Positions 25,541-38,125 of a stretch of 64,000 nucleotides of DNA are shown here, piece after piece. Origin of the DNA: Dictyostelium discoideum (lineage: Eukaryota); contig CM000155.2 in the NCBI GenBank assembly GCA_000004695.1, positions 2,880,001 through 2,944,000 on the forward strand, read 5' to 3'. The notes beneath the pieces were generated by a model. It was not told the DNA's origin. It was given only the letters and a program-made list of their open reading frames with translations, and did no database searches. Position 1 is the first letter of the stretch; every line of letters begins with the position of its first letter. A program made the position numbers and the translations under genes.

Positions 25541-27243
25541 TTATAATCCAACTCTTTCTAATCTATCATATTCATTTTGTAATAAACCAATTTCTTTTTT
25601 TATTTCATATTGTCTTTCTTTTGTTGTCACTGGTTTGAAATTAATTATTTCATCAGTATCTGACAACCAATTTTTAGATTTGAATAATTCATATAAATCA
25701 GAATGTGTCATCATTAAACGCAATACACCACCCGAACCATATGGTTCAATTTTAATTCCAAAAGTTTTCAATGTGGTTTTTAATTCAGCTTCTTTAATTG
25801 TATGTTTATTATCTCTGTTCATTTCCTGATGATATTTAAATTCATTTACAAAATCAGTGAATTTAATTTTGTTCAAATCTTTACCTTGTAAAATGTAATT
25901 TTTTTTAATATATTTCATATTTGCCGGTAATTGATCACTTTTCATCCCAATAAATGTTTCAGATTGTGGTATAACATCTTCATTAAATTTAGATTTATCA
26001 CTATTTTTCAATTTCCAATAAAATGATTCAGCTACATTTGGATCGTCCATATATTTACCTAACTTTTCAAAATAATCTTTATTTCCTTTGAATTCAGATG
26101 ATAAATCAAATATAGCAAAACGTCTTTATACTGATGCGCCTATCTTTATATTATCAGAATTACAAGTGAAAATCATATTCATATAATTAGGTACATTTAC
26201 TTTATCATTTTGATTTCTTTTACGAATGGTAATTAATAGTTCAGTAATAATATATTTAATACCCTCACCAACATTATTCCAATCCTTTACAATTGGTTCA
26301 TCAACCACCATTAATAGCTTTTTCTCAATAATATCATTCCATCCACCAAAAAGTCACAATTATTTACTGATGCGGATATATTATAACCTAAAATCTTTGT
26401 AATAAAGAAATTTGTAAAAATACCTTTTCCAATACCACCCATAAATAATCTCCACATTAATGCAGTCCTAAGTTTACGTCCTTGACTACATGCTAACCAA
26501 TTAATTAGATATGAATATTGTTCTTCATTAAGAGAACAAATTGCAACCTTCAAATGGTTCATAATCACATCAACACCCTCCAGTGTCGTGGTGCTGACCC
26601 CGTTTGGTTCGCTATCATAGAACCAACCTGCAAATTCATTAACACATAAACTACAATCATCTCGTTTAAAAATTCTATCTTTATCTGGAACCCAAGTTGG
26701 TGTACAATGATTTGGTTCATACTCCATAAACCATTGGTAAACATCAAAATTTGGATAACCATCAATTTTGATTATTCTTCTTCTAAAATATGTTTTCTCT
26801 GCATCTGAATACGATAAATCTTTTATTTGTTTATCACCTGGCACCCAAAATCTAAATATTGGTGAACCACCTATTTTAATAAAGTATGTTGATATATACT
26901 TTTTTATATTCTCAACTTCGTCAAATGTTTTTGCAGTTACACACATAATATTTAATGTGTTTACATCAAATGCTTGTTTTGACGAACAAAATAAATGTGG
27001 GTATGATTGATTAAATAATGACTTGTTCACTTCTACTGGTTCTTGATTTAGCGGGCAAGTTAACTTGGCTACTAAATCTTCTTGCACTAAATCTTCTTCT
27101 TCTAAATCTTTTTGCTCCACTAAATCGTTTTCCAATTTATCAACAAGCTCTCTCCAACTCTCATCTGAATCTCTTCTATTTTTATCTGTATGTCCAAGTT
27201 CTTTTGCTCTTTCAATAAGTTGTTGTTTATTAGGTTTTACCAT
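25541..27243 (-). pseudogene. Degenerate SF3 (D5/P4-type) helicase-like ORF, split into three pieces by a frameshift and a stop. It is probably derived from a virus, plasmid or mobile element.
   Basis: Three consecutive minus-strand ORFs lie at 26311-27243, 26126-26311 and 25541-26050. They carry a degenerate P-loop (LFMGGIGKGIFTNF), a Walker-B-like LMVVDEP and a motif-C-like MIFTCNSDN, in SF3 helicase order. A Cys/His-containing N-terminal domain precedes them. No intron signals are present. Frame breaks occur at ~26311 and ~26050-26125. Confidence 0.45.
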
Positions 27244-27259
27244 TTTATATAACTATATA

Positions 27260-27703
27260 TTATGTAAAGTTTAAAATAAAAAATAGAGAAAAAAATAGAA
27301 AAAAATATCTTTGTTGGTTTTTTATAACATTAATTTCAAGTCTTTCATAGTGTTTTCTATCAATAAAAACATTTTCAACTTTATATTCTGGTATCTCATC
27401 ATTGAACGCCAATAAAATATAATCATAATTATATAAATTTATTTCACTACCATCTGTCATATTATAAATTGATAGAGATTGATGTTTTTTGATTTTATCT
27501 AAATATATTTTTAATGATACTATAATTCTTACATCTCCGCTAATTATTGTATAATATTGATATGGTCTATTTTGATAATTCATTTTTATATATCGGTATA
27601 TTATGTAAAGTTTAATGTAAATGTGATGTAAAAAGTTGTGTAAAAAATTTTGATTTTTTTTTTCAAAATCTTTTGATTTTTTATTATTTTTATATTTTTT
27701 CAA
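27260..27703 (-). CDS. Small hypothetical ORF inside the mobile-element-like island. The true start is possibly the internal Met MNYQNRPYQYY, which would give a protein of about 105 aa.
   Basis: A 147-aa ORF with no recognised similarity. It lies between the helicase-like pseudogene and a frameshifted + strand ORF. Confidence 0.2.
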   Translation of the reverse strand: MKKYKNNKKSKDFEKKNQNFLHNFLHHIYIKLYIIYRYIKMNYQNRPYQYYTIISGDVRIIVSLKIYLDKIKKHQSLSIYNMTDGSEINLYNYDYILLAFNDEIPEYKVENVFIDRKHYERLEINVIKNQQRYFFLFFSLFFILNFT

Positions 27704-27747
27704 AATTTAAACTACATATACGGTAGTTTTTTTTGATTGTATATAAA

Positions 27748-28213
27748 ATGTCAGAAAAAAGTATAACAGATTTAGTTACAATTGCAAAAGAAACAAAAGT
27801 ATTATCTGTTTGTTCCAGTATCTCTAGCTGCTTTTGTAAACCAAAATATCAAAAAAGAAAGAAAATTAAAAAAATTCGAAAGTAGAGACTTTTTTGCCGA
27901 TATCAAGGATCAATTAGATGGACTGGAGTGCTCCTTATTTAACACCATCAACCTTTTTTTTAGTCCAATTGAAGGTTTTGACCAACTTTCCGACTTATTA
28001 GTAAAAGCCATGTTCAAAGATGAAATTGCTCCATTTGGAAATGCAACCAATGTTATTAAAGCTTTTTGTAAAAGAGTCTCTAACTATGGAGAATTAATTC
28101 ATAATTTTATAAGATGTTATGACAAAGATGATTCATATAATATTTTAGAAAATTATGAAGCTTTAAAAATATCCCTAAACAAACTTTTGTTGTTTGTTGA
28201 AACACAAATTTAA
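27748..28213 (+). pseudogene. Hypothetical ORF with an apparent +1 frameshift near its 5' end
   Basis: ATG at ~27748 gives MSEKSITDLVTIAKETKVLSVCSS, which terminates at ~27885. The 143-aa ORF at 27782-28213 in another frame overlaps it and continues as VPVSLAAFVNQNIKKERKLKKFESRDFFADIKDQLDGLE...; this looks like a single gene broken by an indel. Confidence 0.3.
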
Positions 28214-28299
28214 TAACAATATAAAAATAAAAACAATCACCTCCGCAAATTCGCAGTTTTTTGCGGGTTTTAATTTTATCACAACAACAATAATTATTT

Positions 28300-28590
28300 A
28301 TTTATTTTTTCGCGTGTAGAAAAGTAGAGAGTGTAGAGTGATTTCTGACGAACTAGTACGGATTTCACAAATACACAAAAATAGTGCACGTCATATAAAA
28401 TCAATAGAGAACCCCTATAACTCCTCTTACGTTATGCACGATATTGTGTTTGTGTAATTCTGTGCGCGTGTATTAAAATCAAGAGGGATTGTTAGTACGT
28501 TATCATTATACATGACGTACACAGTTTGCACTTTTTTTTATGTTTTCGTACTTTTTTTTACTACTCACTCTACAACTCTATTTTTCTACA
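28300..28590. repeat. Imperfect palindromic (foldback) element of about 280 bp with atypically GC-rich composition
   Basis: The left end reads GTAGAAAAGTAGAGAGTGTAGAGTGA. The reverse complement of the right end reads GTAGAAAAATAGAGTTGTAGAGTGAGTAG. Internal arms also pair (agtacgGATTTCAC...GTGCACGTCAT versus ATGACGTACAC...cgtact). CG dinucleotides (cgcgtg, gtgcgcgtg) are otherwise very rare in this window. Confidence 0.6.
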
Positions 28591-29837
28591 TATATATAAA
28601 AAATTAAAAATAATATTAATATTACATGAATATATGTATAGAGTAATATATAGATAATAAAAATATGGAATATAGTTTAGAGTGATTTTAGGTTATAGGA
28701 GCATAGCCGAAGGCTAATGCGATAGGGAAGCAGCAAAGCGTTCCCTCACACCTTCCCTCACACCTTACCATTTTATGACCTTCCAGAATATAGTAATTTT
28801 CAAGGTACTATTGATAAAAAAAAAAAAGCTAAATTATTTTAAATTTGTTTTCTTTTCACCAATGATAAATCTAATGATGGATTCACAATCATTTCGATAT
28901 AAAACAAATAAATTATTTATTGTTTTTTTTTGTAAGGTTGTTAAATTATAATTTTTCTTTTTCTTCTTATTATTATGTTTATTATTTAATAAATTATTAA
29001 TACTAATATCTAAAAATGTTATTTATTTATTAATTAATTAATTAAGTACATACTATTGGATGTTTTATACATGCCATAAACCAACCTATCAAGAATATGT
29101 TGAAAGTTTACAATCAATAATTTAAAATTGTTATAATATATATTAATAATTAGGGAAATTGAAGAGAATAAAATTTACATCCTAATCCTCCATTTCCCCA
29201 AAAATTTTCAAAAATAAATAAATAATTTAAAATATTAATACAAATTGTATGTGTATATTAAATAATAATAGATTAAAAAAAAAAAAAAAAAAAAAAAAAT
29301 TAAATTAAATTAAATTAGAATCAAAATTTCCTTCAAACATAATTCATGCTCTTCTATTCCTGTAAAAAAAAAAATTAAAATTAAAAATGTTGGGGTGTGA
29401 AATTTTAAAAATATGTTTGTTTGAAACAAAAAATAAAAAAAAAAATGGTGTAGATCGCCAAATTAAAAGCCAAGATTGTTCAAATATTTCCAATGTATTG
29501 ATGGATGCAACAAAGAATTGGAAAGAAATGCCAGAAAGTTGGAAAAATAAATTAAATTTTTATTAGTAATTTTTTAGTTTTGTTGCAAATTTTAATAATC
29601 AACAAAATAATAATAACTAGTAATAATAAAAAAACATAAAAAAAAAAAATATTTTTTTGAATCCAAACTTTACAACTTTAAAAAAAAAAAACTAAAACTA
29701 AAAAAGGTAGAGTGCACTTGTTAGGTTTGATGCTAATTATTTATTGATTTTTAATATTATTTTTTTTTTTTTTTATTTCTGGCAAACTTAATATGGAATA
29801 TCAGTTACAACCTGTGCAATATGAAAGCACTTGGTCT

Positions 29838-30002
29838 ATACATAGAATAGGAATGTTGTTTTTGTAAAACTCTTCACCTGTATTACCATGCAGGCAAAAA
29901 GTTCCCCTTCACTTAGAAAAGCGTTGAAAAGAATGGCAGCAAAGATTGCACCACCTCTAGTGAAAAGACCTGATAGATTGGTTTGCATATTATAAATTAT
30001 TT
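29838..30002 (-). pseudogene. Fragment copy of the ABCG gene, corresponding to 33020-33120
   Basis: The reverse complement is nearly identical to tataatatgcaaaccaatctatcaggtcttttcactagaggtggtgcaatctttgctgccattcttttcaacgcttttctaagtga. The translation [34 protein letters not shown] then diverges. Confidence 0.8.
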
Positions 30003-30604
30003 TTTTTTTTTTTAAATGCAACAAAATAAACAATCAATCATTTGAACAATTATATTTTTAGAGAAAATGAGTTGGGTCATTTATAGATTAAAAAAAAAAA
30101 AAAATCAAAAAAATTGATTTAATTAAATTGTTTTATTTTTTATTTTTTCATTTTTAAATTTTATAAATTTCTAATATTTGTTTATGTGTTTTATTGTTTT
30201 TTTTTTAAAAAAATTGAAAATAGATAGGTAAAATAAAAAATTAAAATTAAATGGTTATTGCTTTTATTTATTTTATTATTTTAAATCAAATAAAATAAGT
30301 AATTAAATTTTGGTTTTTATTTTTTTTTTTATTTAAAAATTCAAATTTGACAATCAAATCAAATTTTTGGTTTTTTTTTTTAATATCTATTTTTTTATTT
30401 AAAATATATTAACTTTTCTTTTGTTTCTCAAAAAAATTTATTAAAAAAAAATAAAGTAAAATAAAATAAAAATCTGAATTTAAAATAAAGACTTTTTCGA
30501 ATGGGACTATTAAAAAAAAAAAATAAAAAAATAAAACTGTTATTATTTGAAAAAAAAATGGATTTCGTAAAAAATAAAAAGACGATAAAATAGATATTTT
30601 GGAG

Positions 30605-30644
<40 letters not shown>

Positions 30645-31080
30645 AAAAGAATTTAAAAAAAATAAAATTAAAAAAAAAAAATACTATTGAGACTCTTTTA
30701 AAAAGATTATTCAAAAAAATTTTCCAAAATGTGACCGCTAACAATGCATTGATTGCGTTTGGTGGGTAGCAAAACCGTCATGACAGTTACATGAAAATAT
30801 TTAAAAATAAAAAAAAGTGAAAAAAAAATAAAAAAAAGTGAAAAAAAAATAAAAAAAAAAAATAAAAAATAAAAAAAAATAATTTGTTGTTGCAATATTG
30901 AATCTAGATGATGACAACAGTTTACTAATGACAAAACATTCAACATCAACCATCTATTTTTGTTAGGTTATTTTTAAACTAACCACAGTATTATTAATAT
31001 TTTATTTTTTATAATATTTTTTTTTTTTTTTTCCATTTTAAAAGACAATTTTTTTTTTTTTTTATTATTGTTATTATTTT

Positions 31081-31119
<39 letters not shown>

Positions 31120-31254
31120 TATAGCTATAAATAAATAATTTTTTATACAATTTATTTTCTTAATTTATTTATTTATTTTCTAATTTTTTTTTTTTATTTT
31201 TTATTTCTAAAAATATTTTTTTGTTCATAAATAAATATTTTTATTCATTTAGTA

Positions 31255-31566
31255 ATGGATAATAATGTTGAATATGAATTAAAAGAAGTCTCTATTCAAG
31301 AGGGTGGTAGTAATTTAAATATTAATACACCAAGTGGAATGAGTGATGGAGATTTCAATAGCGGCGCAAATTCACCAGATATTGTAAAAAGTGAAAATGA
31401 TTTTGATAAATTGGCAGAAAGTTTAGAAAAAGAATCAAAACAATATTTTGCGGCTCAAGATAATGAAAATAATGCTGGAGAAAGTGAGGAAGATTTTAAA
31501 TTACGTAGATATTTCGAAAATTCTCAACGTATGGCATTAAGTAATGGTTCAAAACCAAAGAAAATG
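31255..31566 (+). CDS. ABCG (PDR-type, full-size) transporter, exon 1
   Basis: ATG at 31255. The exon reads [18 protein letters not shown]...SNGSKPKKM. The donor GTAAAT is at 31567. Confidence 0.75.
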
Positions 31567-31648
31567 GTAAATATTAAAAATTTTTTTTTATTTTTTATTT
31601 TTTTACATCCCAATTAATTTTTTAATTTTATTTTTTAAAATTTCATAG

Positions 31649-31867
31649 AGTATTTGTATTAGAAATTTAACAGTTGTTGGTCGTGGCGCAGATTTATCAG
31701 TTATTGCAGATTTATTAACACCATTCAATTGGTTTATAAGTTTATTTAAACCATCAACTTGGAAAATTGAAAAAACTTCAACATTTAATATTTTAAATAA
31801 TGTCACATGTTTTAATAGAGACGGTCAAATGTTATTAGTTCTTGGTCGTCCAGGTGCTGGTTGTTCT
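31649..31867 (+). CDS. ABCG (PDR-type) transporter, exon 2
   Basis: The acceptor is tttcatag (31647-31648). The exon reads [16 protein letters not shown]...[11 protein letters not shown], ending at donor GTAAGT (31868). It contains the degenerate PDR-type N-terminal Walker A motif GRPGAGCS|TLL. Confidence 0.8.
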
Positions 31868-31934
31868 GTAAGTTTTTCAATTTTTTAATTTTTTTTTTTC
31901 CTAATTCCTTTAATTAATATAATTTTTATTGTAG

Positions 31935-32225
31935 ACATTACTCCGTTTAATTTCAAATCAAAGAGGTTCATACATTAGTGTTGATGGTGATATTAAATAT
32001 GGTGGTATTCCAGCAAAAGAATGGGAGAGATATAAAGGTGAAGCAATTTATACTCCTGAAGAAGATTCTCATCATCCAACATTAACAGTACGTGAAACAT
32101 TAGATTTTGCACTTAAATGTAAAACCATTCATAATCGTTTACCAGATGAAAAAAAAGTTACATTTAGAGAGAAAATTTCAAGTTTATTATTATCAATGTT
32201 TGGTATTGTACATCAAGCTGATACT
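31935..32225 (+). CDS. ABCG (PDR-type) transporter, exon 3
   Basis: The acceptor is ttattgtag (31934). The exon reads [24 protein letters not shown]...IVHQADT, ending at donor GTAAGT (32226). Confidence 0.8.
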
Positions 32226-32269
32226 GTAAGTTAATTTTATTTTATTTTATTTTATTTTATTTTATTAAA

Positions 32270-32298
<29 letters not shown>

Positions 32299-32301
<3 letters not shown>

Positions 32302-35300
32302 GTTGGTAATGAATATATTAGAGGTTTATCAGGTGGTGAAAGAAAACGTTTAACAATTACAGAAGCAATGGTATCATCAGCATCAATTACATGTTGGGAT
32401 TGTTCAACTCGTGGTCTTGATGCAGCATCAGCACTTGACTATGCAAAATCAATTCGTATTATGTCTGATACATTACATAAAACATCTATTGCATCATTTT
32501 ATCAAGCATCCGACTCTATTTATAATTTATTCGATAATGTATTAGTATTGGAAAAAGGTAGATGTATTTATTTTGGTCCAGTTGGTCAAGCCAAACAATA
32601 CTTTTTAGACTTGGGTTTCGATTGTGAGCCACGTAAATCAGTACCAGACTTTTTAACTGGTGTTACCAATCCACAAGAACGTATTATTAGAAAAGGTTTT
32701 GAAGGTCGTGTTCCAGAGACATCTGCAGATTTCGAACAAGCATGGAAAGCATCCGAGTTGTGTAGAGAAATGGAAAGACAACAAACTGAACATGAGAAAA
32801 AGATTGAAGTTGAACAACCACATCTCGATTTCATTGAAGAGGTAAGAGCAAACAAAAGTAAGACAAATACAAAGACATCAGTTTATACTACTAGTTTCCC
32901 AACTCAAGTTAGAGCTTTAATCGTTAGACATAGTCAAATTATTTGGGGTGATAAGTTTTCATTGGTATCTCGTTATCTTTCAGTTATCATTCAATCATTT
33001 GTTTATGGTTCTGTATTTTATAATATGCAAACCAATCTATCAGGTCTTTTCACTAGAGGTGGTGCAATCTTTGCTGCCATTCTTTTCAACGCTTTTCTAA
33101 GTGAGGGAGAGCTTTTTGCTACATTTTATGGTAGAAGGATTTTACAAAAACAACAGTCCTATGCTATGTATAGACCAAGTGCTTTTCATATTGCACAGGT
33201 TGTAACTGATATTCCATTGACTACAGTTCAAGTTTTTTTATTTTCCATTGTTGTTTATTTCATGTTTGGACTTCAATACGAAGCTGGTAAATTCTTTATT
33301 TTCTGTTTCACTTTAATTGGTGCTACCTTGGCTACAACCAATATGTTCCGTGCCTTTGGTAATTTATCACCATCACTTTATGTAAGTCAAAATGTGATGA
33401 CAGGTATATTAATTTTCATGATCAGTTATTGTGGTTATTCAATTCCAAAGAATAAAATGCATCCATGGTTCGGTTGGTTCTTTTGGGCAAATCCTTTCAC
33501 TTATGCTTTTAAAGCATTAATGGCAAACGAATTTATGGATTTAAATTTCTCTTGCGAAACTGAAGCAATTCCATATGGTACTGATCCAACAACTGGTGCT
33601 CCTTATGATAATTCGGTTAGAGTTTGTGCATCTGCTGGTTCACGTCCAAATACATTGGAGGTTAAAGGTTCAGATTATTTAATGGATGCCTTAACATTTA
33701 AAAGTGATGATCGTACATTAAACATTTTCATTACTTATCTTTGGTGGGTACTTTTCATCATTATAAATATGGTCGCAGTTGAATATTTAGAATGGACAAG
33801 CGGTGGTTTTACAACAAAAACTTATAAAAAAGGTAAAGCTCCAAAATTAAATGATGCTGAGGAAGAGAGAAAACAAAATGAAATTGTAGCAAAAGCAACT
33901 AGTGAAATGAAAGATACTCTTAAAATGAGAGGTGGTGTTTTTACATGGGAAAACATTAAATATACTGTTCCAGTTGGTAAAACTCAAAAATTATTATTAG
34001 ATGATGTTGAAGGTTGGATTAAACCAGGTCAAATGACTGCATTAATGGGTTCATCAGGTGCTGGTAAAACAACACTACTCGATGTTTTAGCAAAGAGAAA
34101 AACATTGGGCACTGTTCAAGGTAAAACTTTCCTTAATGGTAAAGCTTTGGAAATTGATTTCGAACGTATCACTGGTTATGTAGAACAAATGGATGTTCAT
34201 AATCCAGGTTTAACGGTTAGAGAAGCATTACGTTTTTCTGCTAAACTTCGTCAAGAACCATCAGTTTCATTAGAAGAGAAATATGATTATGTCGAACATG
34301 TTTTAGAAATGATGGAAATGAAACATTTAGGTGATGCTTTAGTTGGTACTTTAGAAACTGGTGTTGGTATTTCAGTTGAAGAAAGAAAAAGATTAACAAT
34401 TGGTGTTGAATTGGTTGCTAAACCTCATATTCTTTTCCTTGATGAACCAACGTCTGGTTTAGATGCTCAATCTTCTTATAATATTGTTAAATTCATTCGT
34501 AAATTAGCAGATGCTGGTATGCCATTAGTTTGTACAATTCATCAACCTTCCTCTGTATTATTTGAACATTTCGATCGTATTCTTTTATTAGCTAAAGGTG
34601 GTAAAACAGTTTATTTCGGTGATATTGGGGAAAGATCAAAAACTCTTACTTCTTATTTTGAACGTCAAGGTGTACGTCCATGTACTGAATTTGAAAATCC
34701 AGCTGAATATATTTTAGAAGCAACTGGTGCTGGTGTTCATGGTAAAACTGAAATTAATTGGCCAGAAGTTTGGAAACAATCACCAGAACTTCAAGAAGTT
34801 CGTAGAGAATTATCATCTCTTGAAGCTTCTGGTTCATCTTCATCCTCTAATGAAAATGGTGTTCCAAGAGAATTTGCAACAAGTATTTGGTATCAAACAT
34901 GGGAAGTTTACAAGAGAATGAATGTAATCTACTTTAGAGATCCTTTCTATGCCTATGGTAGTATTCTTCAAGCTGTTATGACTGGTATAATTGTAGGTTT
35001 CACTTTTTGGGATTTAAAAGATAGTTCATCCGATATGAATCAACGTATTTTCTTCATTTTCCAAGCTCTCTTACTTGGTATCCTTTTAATTTTTGTAGTT
35101 ATGGTTCAATTTTTAGTACAAAAAGAATACTTTAAAAGAGATTACGCTAGTAAATTCTATTCTTGGTTCCCATTTGCAATCTCAATTGTTTTGGTTGAAA
35201 TTCCATATACCATTGTTTGCGGCTCGGTTTTCTTCTTTTGTTCATTCTGGACTGCTGGTCTTTTCATGGAAGGTCAAAATGGAGCAAACTTTTACTTTTG

Positions 35301-35823
35301 GATTATCTTTATCATTTACTTGTTCTTCTGTGTCTCATTTGGTGGTGCAATTGCTGCAGTTTGTAATCATATGTTTTTGGCAATGACTCTTGTACCATTA
35401 CTAATTGTTTTCCTATTTCTTTTTTGTGGAGTTATGGTTCCCCCAAGCCAAATTCCTACGTTCTGGAAGGGTTGGGTCTATCATTTAAATCCCTGTCGTT
35501 ATTTCATGGAAGGTATCATTACAAATGTTCTCGAACATCAAAAAGTTAATTGCTCATATGAAGATTTAACTAAATTTAATAATCCTACAACTTTAACATG
35601 TGAAGAATATTTTGTACCAGCAACTGGTTATGTTACAAATACTACCTCTGATAACTCTGAATGTGGTTATTGCATTTTCAATAGTGGTGAACAATATTAT
35701 AAAACTCTTGAATGGGATGCTTCAAATAAAGGTCGAAGTATTGCAATTCTAATTGCTTTTTGGATGTTCAATATTTTCTTAGTCGTTTCATTTGTTTATT
35801 TAACAAGAAAACCAAGTAGATAA
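32299..35823 (+). CDS. ABCG (PDR-type) transporter, exon 4. It covers the rest of NBD1, TMD1, NBD2 and TMD2.
   Basis: The acceptor is tttttaag (32298). The exon carries [11 protein letters not shown], a second Walker [43 protein letters not shown] and two 6-TM domains, in NBD-TMD-NBD-TMD order typical of PDR-type transporters. TAA stop at 35821-35823. Confidence 0.9.
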
Positions 35824-35875
35824 ATTATCTCAATAGTCCTTATAGTAATATAAAAAAAAAAATAAAAAAAAATAA

Positions 35876-35930
<55 letters not shown>

Positions 35931-35944
35931 TAATAATAAAAAAA

Positions 35945-36270
35945 AAAAAAAATATATTCAAATAAAATAAACTTTATCTTTTTTTTTTTATTTCTTTTAA
36001 AAAAAAAGTATTTTTTAAAATTTAATTGACTAAGAGTTTATAATCCAATTTTTATTAAATATTAAAATATATAAATTTAGGGTTTATCATTTTTTTTTTT
36101 CAAACCACATTAGTCACAAAATATTCAAATAAAAAAAACTTTGTCTTTTTTTTTATTTCTTTTAAAAAAAAGTATTTTTTAAAATTTAAATTGACTAAGA
36201 GTTATAATCTAATTTTTATTAAATATTAAAATATTTAAATTTAGGGTTTATCATTTTTTTTTTTTAAAAA
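35945..36270 (+). repeat. Tandem duplication (2 copies of about 165 bp) of the ABCG 3'-flank sequence
   Basis: The unit ttcaaataaaataaactttatctttttttttatttcttttaaaaaaaagtattttttaaaatttaattgactaagagtt(t)ataatc(c/t)aatttttattaaatattaaaatat(a)taaatttagggtttatcatttttttttt occurs at ~35945-36105 and ~36110-36270. Confidence 0.8.
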
Positions 36271-36377
36271 ATATTAATTTTAAACAAAAGAGAGGAAGAA
36301 AAGAAAAAACAATAATTATTAATGTTGTTTGTGATATTATTAAAAATTTAATCATTATTACTATTATTGTCAAAAAT

Positions 36378-36840
36378 TTGCTGATAAATCATCAAAGTAA
36401 GAATCTTTCAGTTATCATTCAATCATTAGTTTATGTTTCTATATTTTATAATATGCAAACCAATCCATCAGGTCTTTTCACTAGAGGTGGTGCAATCTTT
36501 GCTGCCATTCTTTTCAACGCTTTTCTAAGTGAAGGGAACTTTTTGCTTGTCTGCGTAGAATTTCACAAAAACAATATTCCTATTCTATGTATAGACCAAG
36601 TGCTTTTCATATTTCACAGTTTCCAACTGATATTCCATTGACTACAGTTCAAGTTTTTTATTTTCCATTGTTGTTTATTTCATGTTTGGACTTCAATAAG
36701 AAGCTGGTAAATTCTTTACTTTCTGTTTCACTTTAATTGGTGCTACCTTGGCTACAACCAATATGTTCCGTGCCTTTGGTAATTTATCACCTATCATTGT
36801 TGTTTATTTCATGTTTGGCTTTCAATACCAAACCGGTTAA
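36378..36840 (+). pseudogene. Degenerate fragment copy of the ABCG gene, corresponding to ~32960-33400
   Basis: The fragment reads ...tcagttatcattcaatcatt(a/t)gtttatg(g)ttct(g/a)tattttataatatgcaaaccaatc(c/t)atcaggtcttttcactagaggtggtgcaatctttgctgcc... It then has indels and stops, and later re-matches ttctgtttcactttaattggtgctaccttggctacaaccaatatgttccgtgcctttggtaatttatcacc. Confidence 0.8.
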
Positions 36841-37974
36841 TTCTTTATTTTCTGTTTTACCAAATCCACCATTTTATTAAAAGTTTACTAGAAATAAAAA
36901 ATAATAATAATAATAATAATATTAAAAATAAATAAATAATAAACAATCAAACATAACAAGAGAACTCTACCTTTAATTTTTTTTTTTTTTTTTTAAATTT
37001 GGTTTGAATAATAATATTTTTTTTTATATTTTTTATTATTATTATTTTGTTAATTATTAAAATTTTCAAAAAATTACTAATAAATCATCAAAATAAGATT
37101 CTAAAAAATCTGGTAAAATTTGCTTATTCACAAAGCAAATTCTTTTTTTTGCTTTATTTTTCATTTTTCATTTCTTTTTTCAAACTATTTTAGTAACAAT
37201 AAAGAATAAGCAAATAATTAATTTATTAAATTTAAAAAAAAGCAATGGCCATAACGAAAACAATACCACAATTATCAAAGAGTGATTTTAGCATCTGGTT
37301 TGTTTAAATTAAATTTTCAATATCATCACCATCATCACAACCAACAATACAGCTGTTCTTAGGTGTTTTAGATACTACATAAACAATATTACTCCCAAAT
37401 CACTATCAATTATAAACAAAATAAAACAATCTGAATAATCAAAATAATTCTTTGGGTGAAGAAGATATAGGTCAACCAAAATTATTTTCATCAACACTTC
37501 AATCTTCAAAACCCGTATCACCAAAAATAAATGTAAACGCCACATTATCATCACCAACTACGAGCTCATCAATACCAAGACCACTAACAAAATCAACAAC
37601 CACTACATCACCTTTAACAACAACAACAGCCACTACAGGTAATCTTTTCAGTTCAATTCAACCAATGGCACAATCAATCATCCACACCTATACGTGATAA
37701 ACCTTATGTACTTGGGCTAATGTTTAGGCTAAACTAACAATCACTTCAACAATCAAACATTCAATTTAACAATCTTCTTCTTTGCCAAATTTCACCTGTA
37801 CCACCAAATTTCTCAGCACAACCATTTTACATGTTCATAAGATCTCTTTATCAATGCATCATGATGACTATATATTATTGTAACTGTAAGTTTTAAAAAT
37901 CATACTAACACAAATATTTCAACAAAAATAATTTGAAATCTAATAAAGATATAGATTTTTATTCTTTCTTTTAT

Positions 37975-38125
37975 TTTTAAATCTTCATATGAGCATATAA
38001 CTTCTTGATGTTCGAGAACATTTGTAATGATACCTTCCATGAAATAACGACAAGGATTTAAATGATATACTCATCCTTTCCAGAAGGTAGGAATTTGGCT
38101 TGGCCGGGTCATAACGATGGCGCTA
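37975..38125 (-). pseudogene. Inverted fragment copy of the ABCG 3' coding region, corresponding to ~35430-35570
   Basis: The reverse complement reads ...gccaagccaaattcctaccttctggaaaggatgagtatatcatttaaatccttgtcgttatttcatggaaggtatcattacaaatgttctcgaacatcaagaagtt... This matches the [36 protein letters not shown] coding segment. Confidence 0.75.

Noticed and set aside
37452-37697. 81-aa Ser/Thr/Pro-rich ORF between the abcG fragments
   Set aside because: It has no start context and no homology. It lies in rearranged pseudogene debris, so it is probably non-coding.
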